Shown piece after piece: positions 23,318 to 35,564 of a DNA stretch of 64,000 nucleotides. A program made the translations under genes and the position numbers. Origin of the DNA: Saccostrea cucullata (taxonomy: Eukaryota); the NCBI RefSeq assembly GCF_032062105.1, contig NW_026928692.1:248001-312000 (forward strand). Direction: 5' to 3'. Numbering within the stretch: the first letter of the stretch is position 1; each line of letters starts with the position of its first letter. Under the pieces are notes generated by a model. It saw nothing but the letters and a program-made list of their open reading frames with translations. It had not been told where the DNA came from and did no database searches.

Positions 23318-26300
23318 CCACTGGACGTATTGGAAGAATCGATGTGTTCGATCCAGCGATCGAAACATGGACAGCGTACGAGGAAAGGCTGGATAACTTC
23401 TTCACAGCAAACACAGTGGACGACAACAAAAAAGTTCCCGCGCTACTGAGCCTCGTGGGCCCCAAAACATACGCATTGTTAAGAGACTTAACAGCACCCG
23501 AATTACCTAAGGCCAGGACATACAAGCAACTTACGAAAGCGCTGAAAGAACATTATTCTCCAAGGCCGTTGGTTATAGTAGAAAGATTTAGATTTCACAA
23601 GCGAGACCAGGAGGAGGGGGAGAGCGTTCGTGAGTACATTGCAGCTCTACGTAAACTAAGTGAGTTTTGTGAATTTAAAGACGTCCTTAATGACACATTA
23701 CGGGACAGACTTGTGTGTGGGCTGAAAAACGAACACATTCAAAAGAAACTTCTCTCAGAGAAAAACCTCACTTACCAATCTGCGCTCGAGATCGCCATTG
23801 CGATGGAGACGGCGACAAATGACGCCCTGGAAATTCAAAGGAAACACCTTTCCACTACGCCCAGTGTTCACAAGCTAAGTGCACCTAAGAGTAAGAAAAG
23901 ATTTCAACAAAAGCAACCTACGGCAGCCCAGCGGTGTTACAGATGTAATGGAAACCATACCTCAGATGACTGCAGATTTATCCATGAAACTTGTAGACAG
24001 TGTGGAAAAAAGGGACACATACAGCGAGCATGTCGTTCAAAACCAGCCTCTGTGAAACCACTGCATACGAACAGTAGAAAACATGTGCATGAAATGCAGG
24101 TAGCTGACGATTTTGAACCTATGTTCTCACTGAGAGTCAATGCTATGGGAGGACTCAAGGATGCAATCTGGATAAAGCCTCATGTGAATGGTCAAGAATT
24201 TCCCATGGAACTGGACACAGGGTCAGCGATTTCAGTTATCAACAGTGAAACTTATAAGCAGAATTTTTCAAATGTAAAGTTGATCGACACAGACGTAAAC
24301 CTAAGGACGTACTCTGGAGAGAACATCACCCCACTGGGCGTGTGTTCAGTCAAGGTAGAGATGGATGGTCAGAAACGGCATTTGAACTTGTATGTGGTGG
24401 ACAAAGGGGGGCCACCCTTGTTTGGCCGCGAGTGGTTGGGGAGCCTTAGACTGAATTGGGCCTATATCAAAACACTAGAGACTAGAAAACAAGGTGTAAG
24501 TGAAGTGATTGAGAAATACAAAAACGTGTTCACTGCTGATCTGGGAAAATTAAGGGACATATCGGCCAGAATAAAAGTAGACGAGTCGGCAACACCCAAG
24601 TTTTGTAAAGCTCGAGTGGTACCATATTCGTTGCGTCCCAAGGTTGACAAAGAACTAGACCGTCTTATCGAGACTGGAATCCTCAGTAAGGTAGAACACA
24701 GTGAATGGGCTACTCCCATTGTTTCAATACCCAAAAAAGATGGAACTGTGAGAATCTGTGGTGATTTTAAAGTCACTGTGAATCCTGTCTTGGATGTAGA
24801 CCAGTACCCTCTACCCAAGATCGAGGACATATTTGCAAGTTTGGCGGGAGGACAACAGTTTACAAAACTGGACTTGAAGAATGCGTATCTTCAGATGACA
24901 GTGAGAGAAGAGGACAGGCATTATCTCACGATAAATACTCACCGTGGTTTATTCCAGTACAACAGGCTCGTGTTCGGAATAGCCTCCGCGCCCGCAATAT
25001 GGCAGAGATCCATGGATACAGTTCTTCAAGGACTCGAGGGAGTACACTGCAACATGGATGATATGATCATTACTGGGAGAACACCTGAAGAACACCTTAA
25101 GAACTTAGAGCAAGTCTTGAAGCGACTTGACCGTTACGGGCTAAAAGCAAATGTAGACAAGAGTGAATTTCTAAAAGACAAAATTGAATTTTGTGGTCAT
25201 GTGATTGATGCAGAAGGACTCCACAAAACATCAAAGAAAATTGAAGCGGTGCTAAATGCTCCAGAACCAAAGAACGTGTCGGAACTCAGAGCTTTCTTAG
25301 GACTCGTAAACTACTATGGACGATTCATGGAGAACTTATCTACTCACTCAGCACCCTTATATGACCTTCTGAAGGACAATTGCAAATTTGTATGGTCAAA
25401 GACATGCAGAGCAGCATTTGAGAAAATCAAGGAACTCGTGACGTCAGACCAAGTACTTGTGCACTACGATCCACAGAAGCCTGTAACTCTGGCAACAGAT
25501 GCTTCTCCCTACGGACTGGGAGCCGTGCTCTCTCATGTGATGCCGGATGGTTCTGAAAAGCCGATCGCTTTCGCATCTAGATCACTTAGTCAAACAGAGA
25601 GGAAGTACGCACAAATTGATAAGGAAGCGCTAGGATTAGTTTGGGGAGTGAAGAAATTTCATGCATACCTGTATGGGAGAAAGTTCACCTTAGTGACTGA
25701 TCATCAACCACTGGTATCTATTTTTCATCCCGAGAAAGGACTACCTGTCACTACAGCAGCTAGACTACAGAGATATGCGCTTTTTCTAGCAGGATTTCAA
25801 TACGATATCCGATACAAAAACACAAAGAAACATAGCAACGCTGATGCCTTATCAAGACTTCCTGTGCCGCCAGAAAGCGAAGGATCCAATGAAGACGCTT
25901 ATGACGTGACTGAACTGTATATGATTCAGCAACTTGAAAGCCTACCTGTTAATAGTAAGGAAGTGCAGAGAGGAACAGTAAAAGACACCGCTCTGAAAGT
26001 GGTTTATGACATGACAGCTTCAGGATGGCCAGTATCTTCAAATAACTTAAGTGAAGATCTGAAGGCATACTTCTCTCGCAGAAATGAAATCTCTATTTAT
26101 CAGGGATGCTTACTATGGGGAATCCGTGTTATCATTCCCCAGGACCTTCGTTCACGTGTCTTAGAGGAGCTTCATGAAGGACACCCAGGGATCGTCAAGA
26201 TGAAAACCGTAGCACGAAGTTTAGTATGGTGGCCAGGTATTGACAAAGACTTAGAGACACTTGTGAAAAGTTGCAAAGGTTGTCAGGAGAACCGACCTAT

Positions 26301-27289
26301 GCCACCAGAAGCACCTGTTCATCCGTGGGAATGGCCCCAACGTGCATGGCAAAGGATACATGTAGACTTTGCTGGCCCGTTCCAAGGAAGCATGTTCTTA
26401 GTCGTAGTTGATGCATTCTCAAAATGGCCCGAAGTTGTCCAGATGTCAACAACAACGGGAGACCGCACAGTGGATGTACTGCGTAGGATATTTTCAAGGA
26501 ATGGCCTACCAGATCAACTAGTCTCGGATAACGGACCACAGTTCGTCTCCGAAACCTTTAGAGACTTCATGAAGTACAACGGAATTCGTCACATTACGTC
26601 CGAGAACAAATGGGCTAGCGGAGAGACTAGTCCAGACACTGAAACAGTCAATGCGCGCATCAAAAGAGGAAGAAACTTCTACTTCTAAGCGTCTTGCCAA
26701 CTTCCTACTTACGTATAGAAGTTCGCCGCATTCGACAACAGCGGAAACACCAGCTAAACTTTTCTTAGGACGTGAACTTTGTACCAGACTCACACGACTG
26801 AAGCCGAATGTTCGTAACACAGTGGAAGCTAAACAAGAAAGCATGCAGTACCGCATACCCGAACCCGTTCGACAGTTCAACACCGGTGACAAAGTTGCTG
26901 TTCGCGACTATCGCAGCCATAGTGAGAAATGGATCGCAGGGACAATTGACTCGAAAACAGGACCTCTTTCGTACAAAGTGGAAATTGCACCAGGGACAAC
27001 ATGGCGTCGGCATACAGACCAGATAAGATCTGCAGATTTCACCAACTCTGCGCAAATACCTCCAACCCTGAATCTAGATCAACAGTTAATTCGATCGAAT
27101 GATGGTACATTGTCGGCCGAAACATCAGATGACTGTGACCGGGACAAGTTAATCGCGACACCGACCAAGAAACAAGCACCCGAACTGATGCCTATACCGA
27201 CATGTTCACCGGCAGCAACTTTCGTATCTGAAAAACGCTATCCAACCCGTTCCACTCGTAATGTTGTGCCAAAACGCTACCAGCAGTAA
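23314..27289 (+). CDS. Gag-Pol polyprotein with a frameshifting deletion in the integrase core (~26602)
   Basis: Two CCHC knuckles, protease LDTGS, RT (NMDD), RNase H (TDAS..DHQPL), integrase HHCC, HVDFAGP, SDNGPQF. TNGLAERLVQ continues in the frame of ORF 26651..27289. Confidence 0.92.
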
Positions 27290-27603
27290 TAATGGACTGA
27301 ATGATATATAAATGCATGCAATGTTTGATTTTTAGAATGGTATTGCTTTATGATTGCTTATGTTACATGTAACCAAGTAGTGCAAAAATGTAACCTTTTT
27401 TTTTGTCTGTCTCATCTTAAAATGTAAATTTGAAGTCTAGTGAAGTCTAGTCATGAATGTAAATCTAGTCAAAGTCTAGTCATAAATGTATTTTGTATAC
27501 AGATGTCCAAGTAATATTGATATTCCTTCTACTAGTCATAATTTGATTTTTATTATTAAATGAAACATGAAATATGTGTCCATTACATTTAAAGGGGGAG
27601 GAA

Positions 27604-27734
27604 TGTAGTATTCCGGAATTCTGTAGATTTGTACGTTTTCGGTTTTAGATGTTATTCATGTTACTTCCGTAATAAATAGTTTGTAACCGCATGGCTGAGT
27701 TATAAATCTCATTTATTCGAGTGAATACACAACA
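27604..27734 (+). repeat. 3' LTR
   Basis: Identical to the 5' LTR. Confidence 0.97.
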
Positions 27735-28109
27735 CTTTTGATGTTTTTTGATGGTTTTTTTTTTGTTTCATGGTAGACGTTGGCAAATGAGGAACCCTTA
27801 TTGGGCATGGTCTGAAGTGTCGAGTTAAGGTCTAAGTGGGAAGCCCTACCGGCTAATGGTGACATCTCATTAACTGAAATGTTTTTTTGAGATGCCAATC
27901 AACAAACAATCATACAATGAAATTTTAAAATAACAAACAACGATTATTCCAAAAGGTACTTTCAAGCAATATCCAAATTACGAGGAGAGACTAATCGGAT
28001 ATGGTGATGTCTCTTTGTTTTGGTTATAAGTAATAAAGTGTTTCAGCCGAATCACTGCATTTCTATTGGTTCAGCAGGTATGAGCCATCTTAGGACTAAA
28101 ACAAATCTA

Positions 28110-28305
28110 AAGATTGATTGATAGTATGTTGTTTAACGTCCCTCTCGAGAATTTTTCACTCATATGGAGACGCCACCAATTGCCGGTGGAGAGCTGCAAA
28201 TTTTGTCCTTTACTTGGCACTTAGGGCCATTGAGCAGTGAGGGGTCTTTTTCGTGCCAGCACCTACTGCGACACGACAGGTTTATACGGTCTCATCCGAA
28301 GGACA
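28110..28305 (-). mobile_element. 5'-truncated copy of the Deu/Nin-like SINE
   Basis: Reverse complement aligns to 16195-16394. Confidence 0.75.
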
Positions 28306-28807
28306 CGGCAAATCTAAAGAATTACCCAAGTACCAAGAGAGGACATCCTTATAGGTGTCTTAAATTTGTATATGGTCAAATATTGATGCCTTTTATGTGT
28401 TTATTCAAAGGAGAATGAAAGACGGGAATTCTGCTGAGAACAAGTTCTCAGGGACTAAAACAGTAATTTGGACTCCCTAGAGCATCATGATTAAATACAA
28501 CCCAACTCGACCAATGAAACAAAATCCATGTGCTTTGCTTAAAAATGACCTTCAACGACCAACAATGAGGTCACGTTTCTTTCCAATAATTTGTAAATAA
28601 GCTCTATTTTTTTTTTACGCCAGTTGTGATTTTTAAGAAGTTGTAGTAGATATAAACAATATTTTATGGACTTTCGTATTGAATAATGTTCGTCATCTTC
28701 ATATCATTCATTTCGGACATGGCACATTCATTTAATAAGAGTTGTAACAAATTGTTTGATAAAAATTTACAATCGCTACATAAATATGCCGTTTGGTGGA
28801 TTAGGAC

Positions 28808-28960
28808 TTGACAAAGAGCACACGGCGGGTGTGACCGGTCGGCTGGGGATGCTCACTCCTCCTCCGATGTTTGGAGGTCCGTGTTTGCTCTGTTCCTATT
28901 TTGTATTGTTTAGTGGACTTTCGAGATTGAATACTGTTCGTTATCTCCATATATTTCATT
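28808..28960 (+). mobile_element. solo Penelope-like 3' terminal fragment
   Basis: gagcacacggcgggtgtgaccggtc..ggggatgctcactcctcc..ggaggtccgtgtttgctc. Confidence 0.7.
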
Positions 28961-29679
28961 GTATAATAAACGAGATGATTTCAGCTTTTCGATCAGCAAC
29001 TTTACTTTCTTGTAATATTCTGCTATAACTTGCATATTCACGGTGATTACATCTTGGGATATTAATTTCTAAACCGAGGCAGGCTATTTATAAATAACGC
29101 TGCTTTCGGTACTTTGACGTTATCATCCGTGTGCCGTAGGGCGATACATCCGTGTGCCGTAGGGCGATACAACACAACATAAAATCTCATAATTGTTGTA
29201 TTTATGCACGTATATTTTTGAAATTTGATATGTATCTTGATGAAAAAAAGTACTAAAGAGTGGTGAACATTTTAAAATGAAGTTTTCACTCGAGACAACA
29301 TGTCTACGATTCCTAGTAATATCAGCGTAAATGCAATACACGCAGTATTCCGCTGACACTTCGTTCTGAAAATAAATGACTTATAAAGATGGGTCGACCT
29401 ACTTTATTAAGGTTGTATTTGCAAACAAGGTCTTTGTATTGATCAAAGAATCAAAGAAATAAAAACCCTTAATTTTATATAACTAAATTAATATGTTTAA
29501 TTAAATAATTAAATCAAAATGTTTCATGAGTGAAACATGCTTTTGCATACCATATGAACTATAGATGTAAACAATGCCTGAAGGCGCTATTGGTACTATA
29601 CTGCAATCAAAATAAGATAACAATCCAAACAATAAAGTGATTATAGTGGCACTTTTGGTTTTAAATAATGAAGGATATG

Positions 29680-32600
29680 GAGATAACATAGATATTGTCA
29701 ATGACTCAAGCATCTTTTTATGAGTATATTTGTGTGTGCAACTAGAATGTGTTTTACCAAAAAAGTCTTGCAAATGACCAATGACCAAGTAAGTAAATTT
29801 ACGAGTTCCATTTTTATTGAAAAAGCAGCTGACAATGATATCAAAAAGAACTTCAATTTATAGTGGAGAATGGTTGTGTATAGAAGTTTTGAAGCTGTTG
29901 ATTTTTATCTTGTGAATTCAAATTGAACAGTATTCAATAGATCATTGTATCAAAGCATCCCCTGCTGTCCGGGAAATAACGAAAAAAACAAGTCAAAATC
30001 AGGAGACTCATTTGCTGAGCAAACACGAAATGAACTCCAAAACAGAGGTTTTAGAAATTTCATACGTAGAGCATGCGTAGATGCCGTATGCAGGTGATGA
30101 AGGTATTTGCTGCATAATTAAAAAGTCATCACGTTTATCATAGAGCTTGGTTATTAGATTACCATTTATGTCTTTTTCAAGTAAAATATCCAAGTATGAA
30201 ACAGATGTGTCAGACTCTGTGGTATCTTTTATATGAAGCTCACCATCGACATAGGAATGGAAATTACCATTGTTCATGACAATGCGTCGATATATCTAAA
30301 TGTCAGTTGAAGGCCACAGCAAGTTTTTATCTTCTCTTTACGCATAAGATTTTGCAAAAATTCTGCTTCATATGAATAAGAAAAAATAACGATTTGGTAA
30401 AATCCAATAGATTGTTCGTCAGAAACTCAAGCATCTTTTTATGCGTATATTTGTGTGTGCAACTAGAATGTGTTTTACCAAAAAAGTTTTGCAAATGACC
30501 AATGTAAGTAAATTTAGTTCCATTTTTATTGAAAAAGCATGACAATGATATCAAAAAGCCTGAACTTCAATTTATAGTGGAGAATGGTTGTGAAAAACGT
30601 CAGTTTTGAAGCTGTTGATTTTTGGTAAAATCTTGTGAATTCAAATTGTGAACTCCAAAACAGAGGTTCGGATTAGATGATAAATTGTATTTGTCATGAT
30701 CGGGAAATAACGAAAAATCCGTCGTCAATTCAGTGTATAATTAATGGACAAACAATTAGTATGAAAAAGAAGCATTTGACTCGATGATAAATTGTATTTG
30801 CTGATCATTGTATCAACCAAAGAACTTACGAAATTTAAACGAGACTGCTGAAATTCTTGTTTCATCGACTTGTTTTTCAATAATTTACCTCGTTTTAGAA
30901 ATTGTTCATACGTAGAGCATGCTCTTGCTCTTGCGTATCGAATCAACTGAGATATATAAACTCCGTATGCAGGTGATGAAGGTATTTGCTGCATAAGTAA
31001 GGGAAGTTGATGATAGAAAAGTTAAAGTCATCACGTTTATCATAGAGCTTGGTTGTTAGATTACCATTTATGTCTTTTTCAAGTAAAATATCCAAGTATG
31101 AAACAGATGTGTCAGACTCTGTGGTATCTTTTATATGAAGCTCACCAGGATATATCGTATCGACATAGGAATGGAAATTACCATTGTTCATGACAATACG
31201 TCGTCGATATATCTAAATGTCGAGTTGAAGGCCACAGCAAGTTTTTATCTTCTCTTTACGCATGAGATTTTGCAAAAATTCTGCTTCATATGAATAAGAA
31301 AAGTCTGCCAATAACGGAGCGCATTTGGTACCCATGGGAATTCCAATAGATTGTTGGAAGACCTGGTCTCCAAAAACCACATAGATATTGTCAATCAGAA
31401 ACTCAAGCATCTTTTTATGAGTATATTTGTGTGTGCAACTAGAATGTGTTTTACCAAAAAAGTTTTGCAAATGACCAATGACCAAGTAAGTAAATTTACG
31501 AGTTCCATTTTTATTGAAAAAGCAGCTGACAATGATATCAAAAAGCCTGAACTTCAATTTATAGTGGAGAATGGTTGTGTATAAAGTTTTAAAGTCGTCA
31601 AGTTTTGAAGCTGTTGATTTTTGGTAAAATCTTGTGAATTCAAATTGTCCAGAGCAAACACGGAACTCCAAAACAGAGGTTCGGATTAGATGCCATGGGG
31701 AAGTGAGCATCCCCTGCTGAGCAGTCACATCCGCCGTGTGCTCCTTGTCATGATCGGGAAATAACGAAAAATCCGTCGTCAATTCAGTGTATAATTAATG
31801 GACAAACAATTAGTATGAAAAACGTCAGTCAGCATTTGACTCGATGATAAATTGTATTTGCTGATCATTGTATCAACCAAAGAACTTACGAAATGATGAC
31901 TTTAAACGAGACTGCTGAAATTCTTGTTTCATCGACTTGTTTTTCAATAATTTACCTCGTTTTAGAAATTGTTCATACGTAGAGCATGCTCTTGCTCTTG
32001 CGTATCGAATCAACTGAGATATATAAACTCCGTATGCAGGTGATGAAGGTATTTGCTGCATAAGTAAGGGAAGTTGATGATAGAAAAGTTAAAGTCATCA
32101 CGTTTATCATAGAGCTTGGTTGTTAGATTACCATTTATGTCTTTTTCAAGTAAAATATCCAAGTATGAAACAGATGTGTCAGACTCTGTGGTATCTTTTA
32201 TATGAAGCTCACCAGGATATATCGTATCGACATAGGAATGGAAATTACCATTGTTCATGACAATACGTCGTCGATATATCTAAATGTCGAGTTGAAGGCC
32301 ACAGCAAGTTTTTATCTTCTCTTTACGCATAAGATTTTGCAAAAATTCTGCTTCATATGAATAAGAAAAGTCTGCCAATAACGGAGCGCATTTGGTACCC
32401 ATGGGAATTCCAATAAATTGTTGGAAGACCTGGTCTCCAAAAACCACATAGATATTGTCAATCAGAAACTCAAGCATCTTTTTATGAGTATATTTGTGTG
32501 TGCAACTAGAATGTGTTTTACCAAAAAAGTTTTGCAAATGACCAATGACCAAGTAAGTAAATTTACGAGTTCCGTTTTTATTGAAAAAGCAGCTGACAAT

Positions 32601-33147
32601 GATATCAAAAACCCTGAACTTCAATTTATAGTGGAGAATGGTTGTGTATAAAGTTTTAAAGTCGTCAAGTTTTGAAGCTGTTGATTTTTGGTAAAATCTT
32701 GTGAATTCAAATTGTCCAAAAGTTCTTTGGAATTTTTGAGTATCCACATCTGATTCACACCACTTCTTGAATATATTTTTGCACAGTACTCTTGAAGTTT
32801 TTCCTTCACTACTGTCAATATCTTATTGAGAAGTAAAGAAAGAGGTTTGGTTGAACATCTACTTGAACCCGCAATGTATCTTTGTTTGTACGGATTATTA
32901 TGAAGTATCGGAATCCAATACATATATGGTATAGTTCAAATTCCTTTTTGGTTCTTCGGGATATCAAAAATATTCAAAACTGAAATATGATTTTGAAGAA
33001 TTCCTTCCTTAGAAAAGAAACTATGAGTATAAGTTGGATTACCACGTGTAGAATTAAATCCATGTTCTTCTTAAATACAATTTATATAATGAGCCTTACA
33101 AAAGAATAAAATGTTACCTGCTTTGTCAGCAGGAACCAGTACGTACT
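29680..33147 (-). mobile_element. Penelope-like (Naiad-type) RT region followed by about three head-to-tail copies of its 3' ~1.07 kb
   Basis: YVLVPADKAGN at about 33145, YWIP..H, GIPMGTKCAP, YISQLIRYAR. ORFs 30943..31191 and 32010..32258 encode identical peptides offset by 1067 bp; the leftmost copies carry many deletions. Confidence 0.85.
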
Positions 33148-33636
33148 GAGAAGTGAGTTTTTAGAGTGCTGTTTCTGTGTACAAGGACAGATTAAACAAA
33201 CAAAAATTGGATGCCTGGATTGGTACATATTTCTGGGCTTACTTTTGTTTCAAATGATACAACTGATAAATTTCCAAAATATTATGACATTGTAAACCTT
33301 CTATGATGCTCACTATTCTACCTTTCTGCAGCCATACATAGTAATCTATACAAATATTTTTCATTTCAAATTCCACTTTTGTGTAAATTAAGTAAAGGTT
33401 TTGTATCATCTGTCCATAAATGATAAATTAGTCAATCTGTTCATTCTGATGTCTCCAAGAATGATTCAGTCCATGGGTCGAGATGAGCTGTCTATTGAAC
33501 ACTGTGTCGATGCATATTAAGTATTTTTCAGAAACTGCCAAACTTATCTTGTGTTTTTTAAATTTCAAAGAAAATGCAAATACAGAGTTTGAGCTTTCAA
33601 AGGACAAGAAGTCTTACCAAATCAGTCTATTAACTT

Positions 33637-34821
33637 TTAAGATTTGGCCATCATCAAATCAAAGTAATAGATACTGACTGATCCTAAAATACACGAAAAA
33701 AAGATAAAAAGAACCTTATCAATAATCACCATACTATTTGCCCATGTTCTTGTTTTCAATGGTTTTGAAGTTTCTACAGAGAGCGTGTTTTTAGAGTCAC
33801 CCAAATGTGATCCTTCGATATTTTTGTCAGACACTGCGTTTCCAACAAAACATGGAATTTGATGTTCGCCATAATAAAAGAAGAGTCTGGTTTGAACAAT
33901 GACTAAAACCATCATAATAACACTCAGAACCATCAGTATTTCTATGTATACCACCATGTATACATTGTCTTTGGCAGGGAGAGAGGATCCAATGGCCGAC
34001 AGATAAATCGAGTAGGCCAGAAATGTTGTGATTGCAAAAGATATTTTCTCACCAGATTCCACAGGAATGAGAAAGACAAACAAATTCATTACAGAGAGCA
34101 AACAAAGGGGCAGCAACACCGTCAGTACCACGAAATACGGTTTTCTTTGTAATGTGAAGCTAGCAGTAAGTCCAGTCTTTCCGTAAGGCATACCGTAAAC
34201 TCTGCCTGCCTCAACTTTCCACTCGGTTGTTCCCCGTACCTCCAGAACACTAGGTTCCGCATTGATTATAACATCATCGTAAGGGTATCCAAGAATAGAG
34301 AAAATAAAATCACATGTTTGTGTATCAAAAGGGTACTTCTTTAAATTCAGCTCACAGACAACTGAATATAACCCGGCAGGATACCATTCAATATCACCAG
34401 AAGATGAGACGCGAAAAATCTTGTAAGGATTCTGAAAAGTTTCAAAATCTCCAACAGGATTCCCTAAAGCAATCGTGGGCCACCATATGTCATTTGTCTT
34501 GAACTCTATGCTACTTATATTGGAATACTGTTCTTTGTTCCAGACTAGGAATTCATCATTCCAAAGAATCCTTAGGCTGCCAAGCAAGGTAACAGTTTCC
34601 TCCTTTTCATTTAGATCGTTGAAGCGATGGACGTAAAAAGAAGCTTTAATGATCACTGGGTCAGCTTGGTTTTTCCGGGGTCGGATATAAGGGTCGTAGT
34701 TCCGCAGTAAAGACTTCCTCAGTGATGTTATATTTTCTGCAGTCACGTTTTCTTTTCCCAAACATTCTTTAAGCAAGAAAGTTAAGAACGACCAAAGGAA
34801 GAGGTCTACTCGGTGTCGCAT
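33637..34821 (-). CDS. intronless nAChR-like Cys-loop channel subunit, copy 5 (394 aa from ATG 34821)
   Basis: MRHRVDLFLWSFLTFLLKECLG signal peptide aligns with the paralogue starts; the ORF-track start at 34890 is a TTG. Cys-loop and M1-M4 intact. Confidence 0.95.
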   Translation of the reverse strand: MRHRVDLFLWSFLTFLLKECLGKENVTAENITSLRKSLLRNYDPYIRPRKNQADPVIIKASFYVHRFNDLNEKEETVTLLGSLRILWNDEFLVWNKEQYSNISSIEFKTNDIWWPTIALGNPVGDFETFQNPYKIFRVSSSGDIEWYPAGLYSVVCELNLKKYPFDTQTCDFIFSILGYPYDDVIINAEPSVLEVRGTTEWKVEAGRVYGMPYGKTGLTASFTLQRKPYFVVLTVLLPLCLLSVMNLFVFLIPVESGEKISFAITTFLAYSIYLSAIGSSLPAKDNVYMVVYIEILMVLSVIMMVLVIVQTRLFFYYGEHQIPCFVGNAVSDKNIEGSHLGDSKNTLSVETSKPLKTRTWANSMVIIDKVLFIFFSCILGSVSIYYFDLMMAKS

Positions 34822-35564
34822 GTTGACTGTATGTAATAGGACAAAAACTTGTATCCACCTTTCATTGATCGATATATTGGGTAAAATCAAGAATTGATGT
34901 ATACTGCAGAATGTTTTTCAACCAGCATTATAGATTGATAACCACGTTAAAGACCTCAAACAAAATGTGTAATGGACACATTGTAGAAATAATTATCATT
35001 GATTACACTTACGACTAGATCACTTGGAGTTTAAAAGGGTTTTGATTTGTCTGCAAATAGTTAAATGCACGGAAATGACAGTGTAATTAAGGAATCAGTA
35101 GCCCAACAAGTGCTCTGTATTCGGAACTTTGTACACAAGAGGACCTTTGGACATATCGTTCACCCGATTGTTTTAGATTTTTCAAATATTCTATTAAAAT
35201 AACTGAACCACATTGTAGCCCCAAAATTCCCTTCAGGGAGTATGATTTACAGTTTTGTAATTAAACTTAAATCCACAAACCATCAGAATGTTTTAATATT
35301 TCTTTGCCAGAGTTTTGAAGTTCCTTACGAATCAGTTAAGTTTTAATCCATGTTCAAATTTGCATTCTAGTTTTAGTCCCACCCCATTCCTTGGTGTCAT
35401 AATGACTAGTAAATAAAAAAATAATTGAATCAATACAACATATTGACTTTTGAATATTTAAATGACCTTCAGGTCAATTTAAAATAAATGATTATCAATT
35501 AACAAAATTTTCTTTCATTTATATGTCGACCGATCTGACTTTGCTTGGAATTTGAAATAAAAGA

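Larger units (their letters stand above)
23168..27734 (+). mobile_element. complete Ty3/Gypsy LTR retrotransposon (Mag-like), 4567 bp
   Basis: Identical 131-bp TG..CA LTRs, 5-bp TSD CTTTT (23163-23167 and 27735-27739), PBS at 23303-23317, PPT aaagggggaggaa at 27591-27603, single gag-pol ORF in PR-RT-RH-IN order. Confidence 0.97.

Noticed and set aside
26580-26690. Programmed ribosomal frameshift in the Gypsy pol
   Set aside because: The break is mid-integrase, removes conserved residues and has no slippery heptamer; a deletion explains it.
29124-29171. Perfect 23-bp tandem duplication catccgtgtgccgtagggcgata
   Set aside because: Isolated two-copy duplication with no supporting context.
29680-33147. 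Selenocysteine-encoding Naiad (in-frame UGA plus SECIS)
   Set aside because: The conserved Cys positions I can read (GTxCAP, RACS, SRCS) use TGY codons; disruptions are frameshifts and I cannot support a SECIS.
34822-34890. N-terminal extension of receptor copy 5 in the ORF track
   Set aside because: Starts at TTG; ATG 34821 aligns with the paralogue starts and gives the same 394-aa length.
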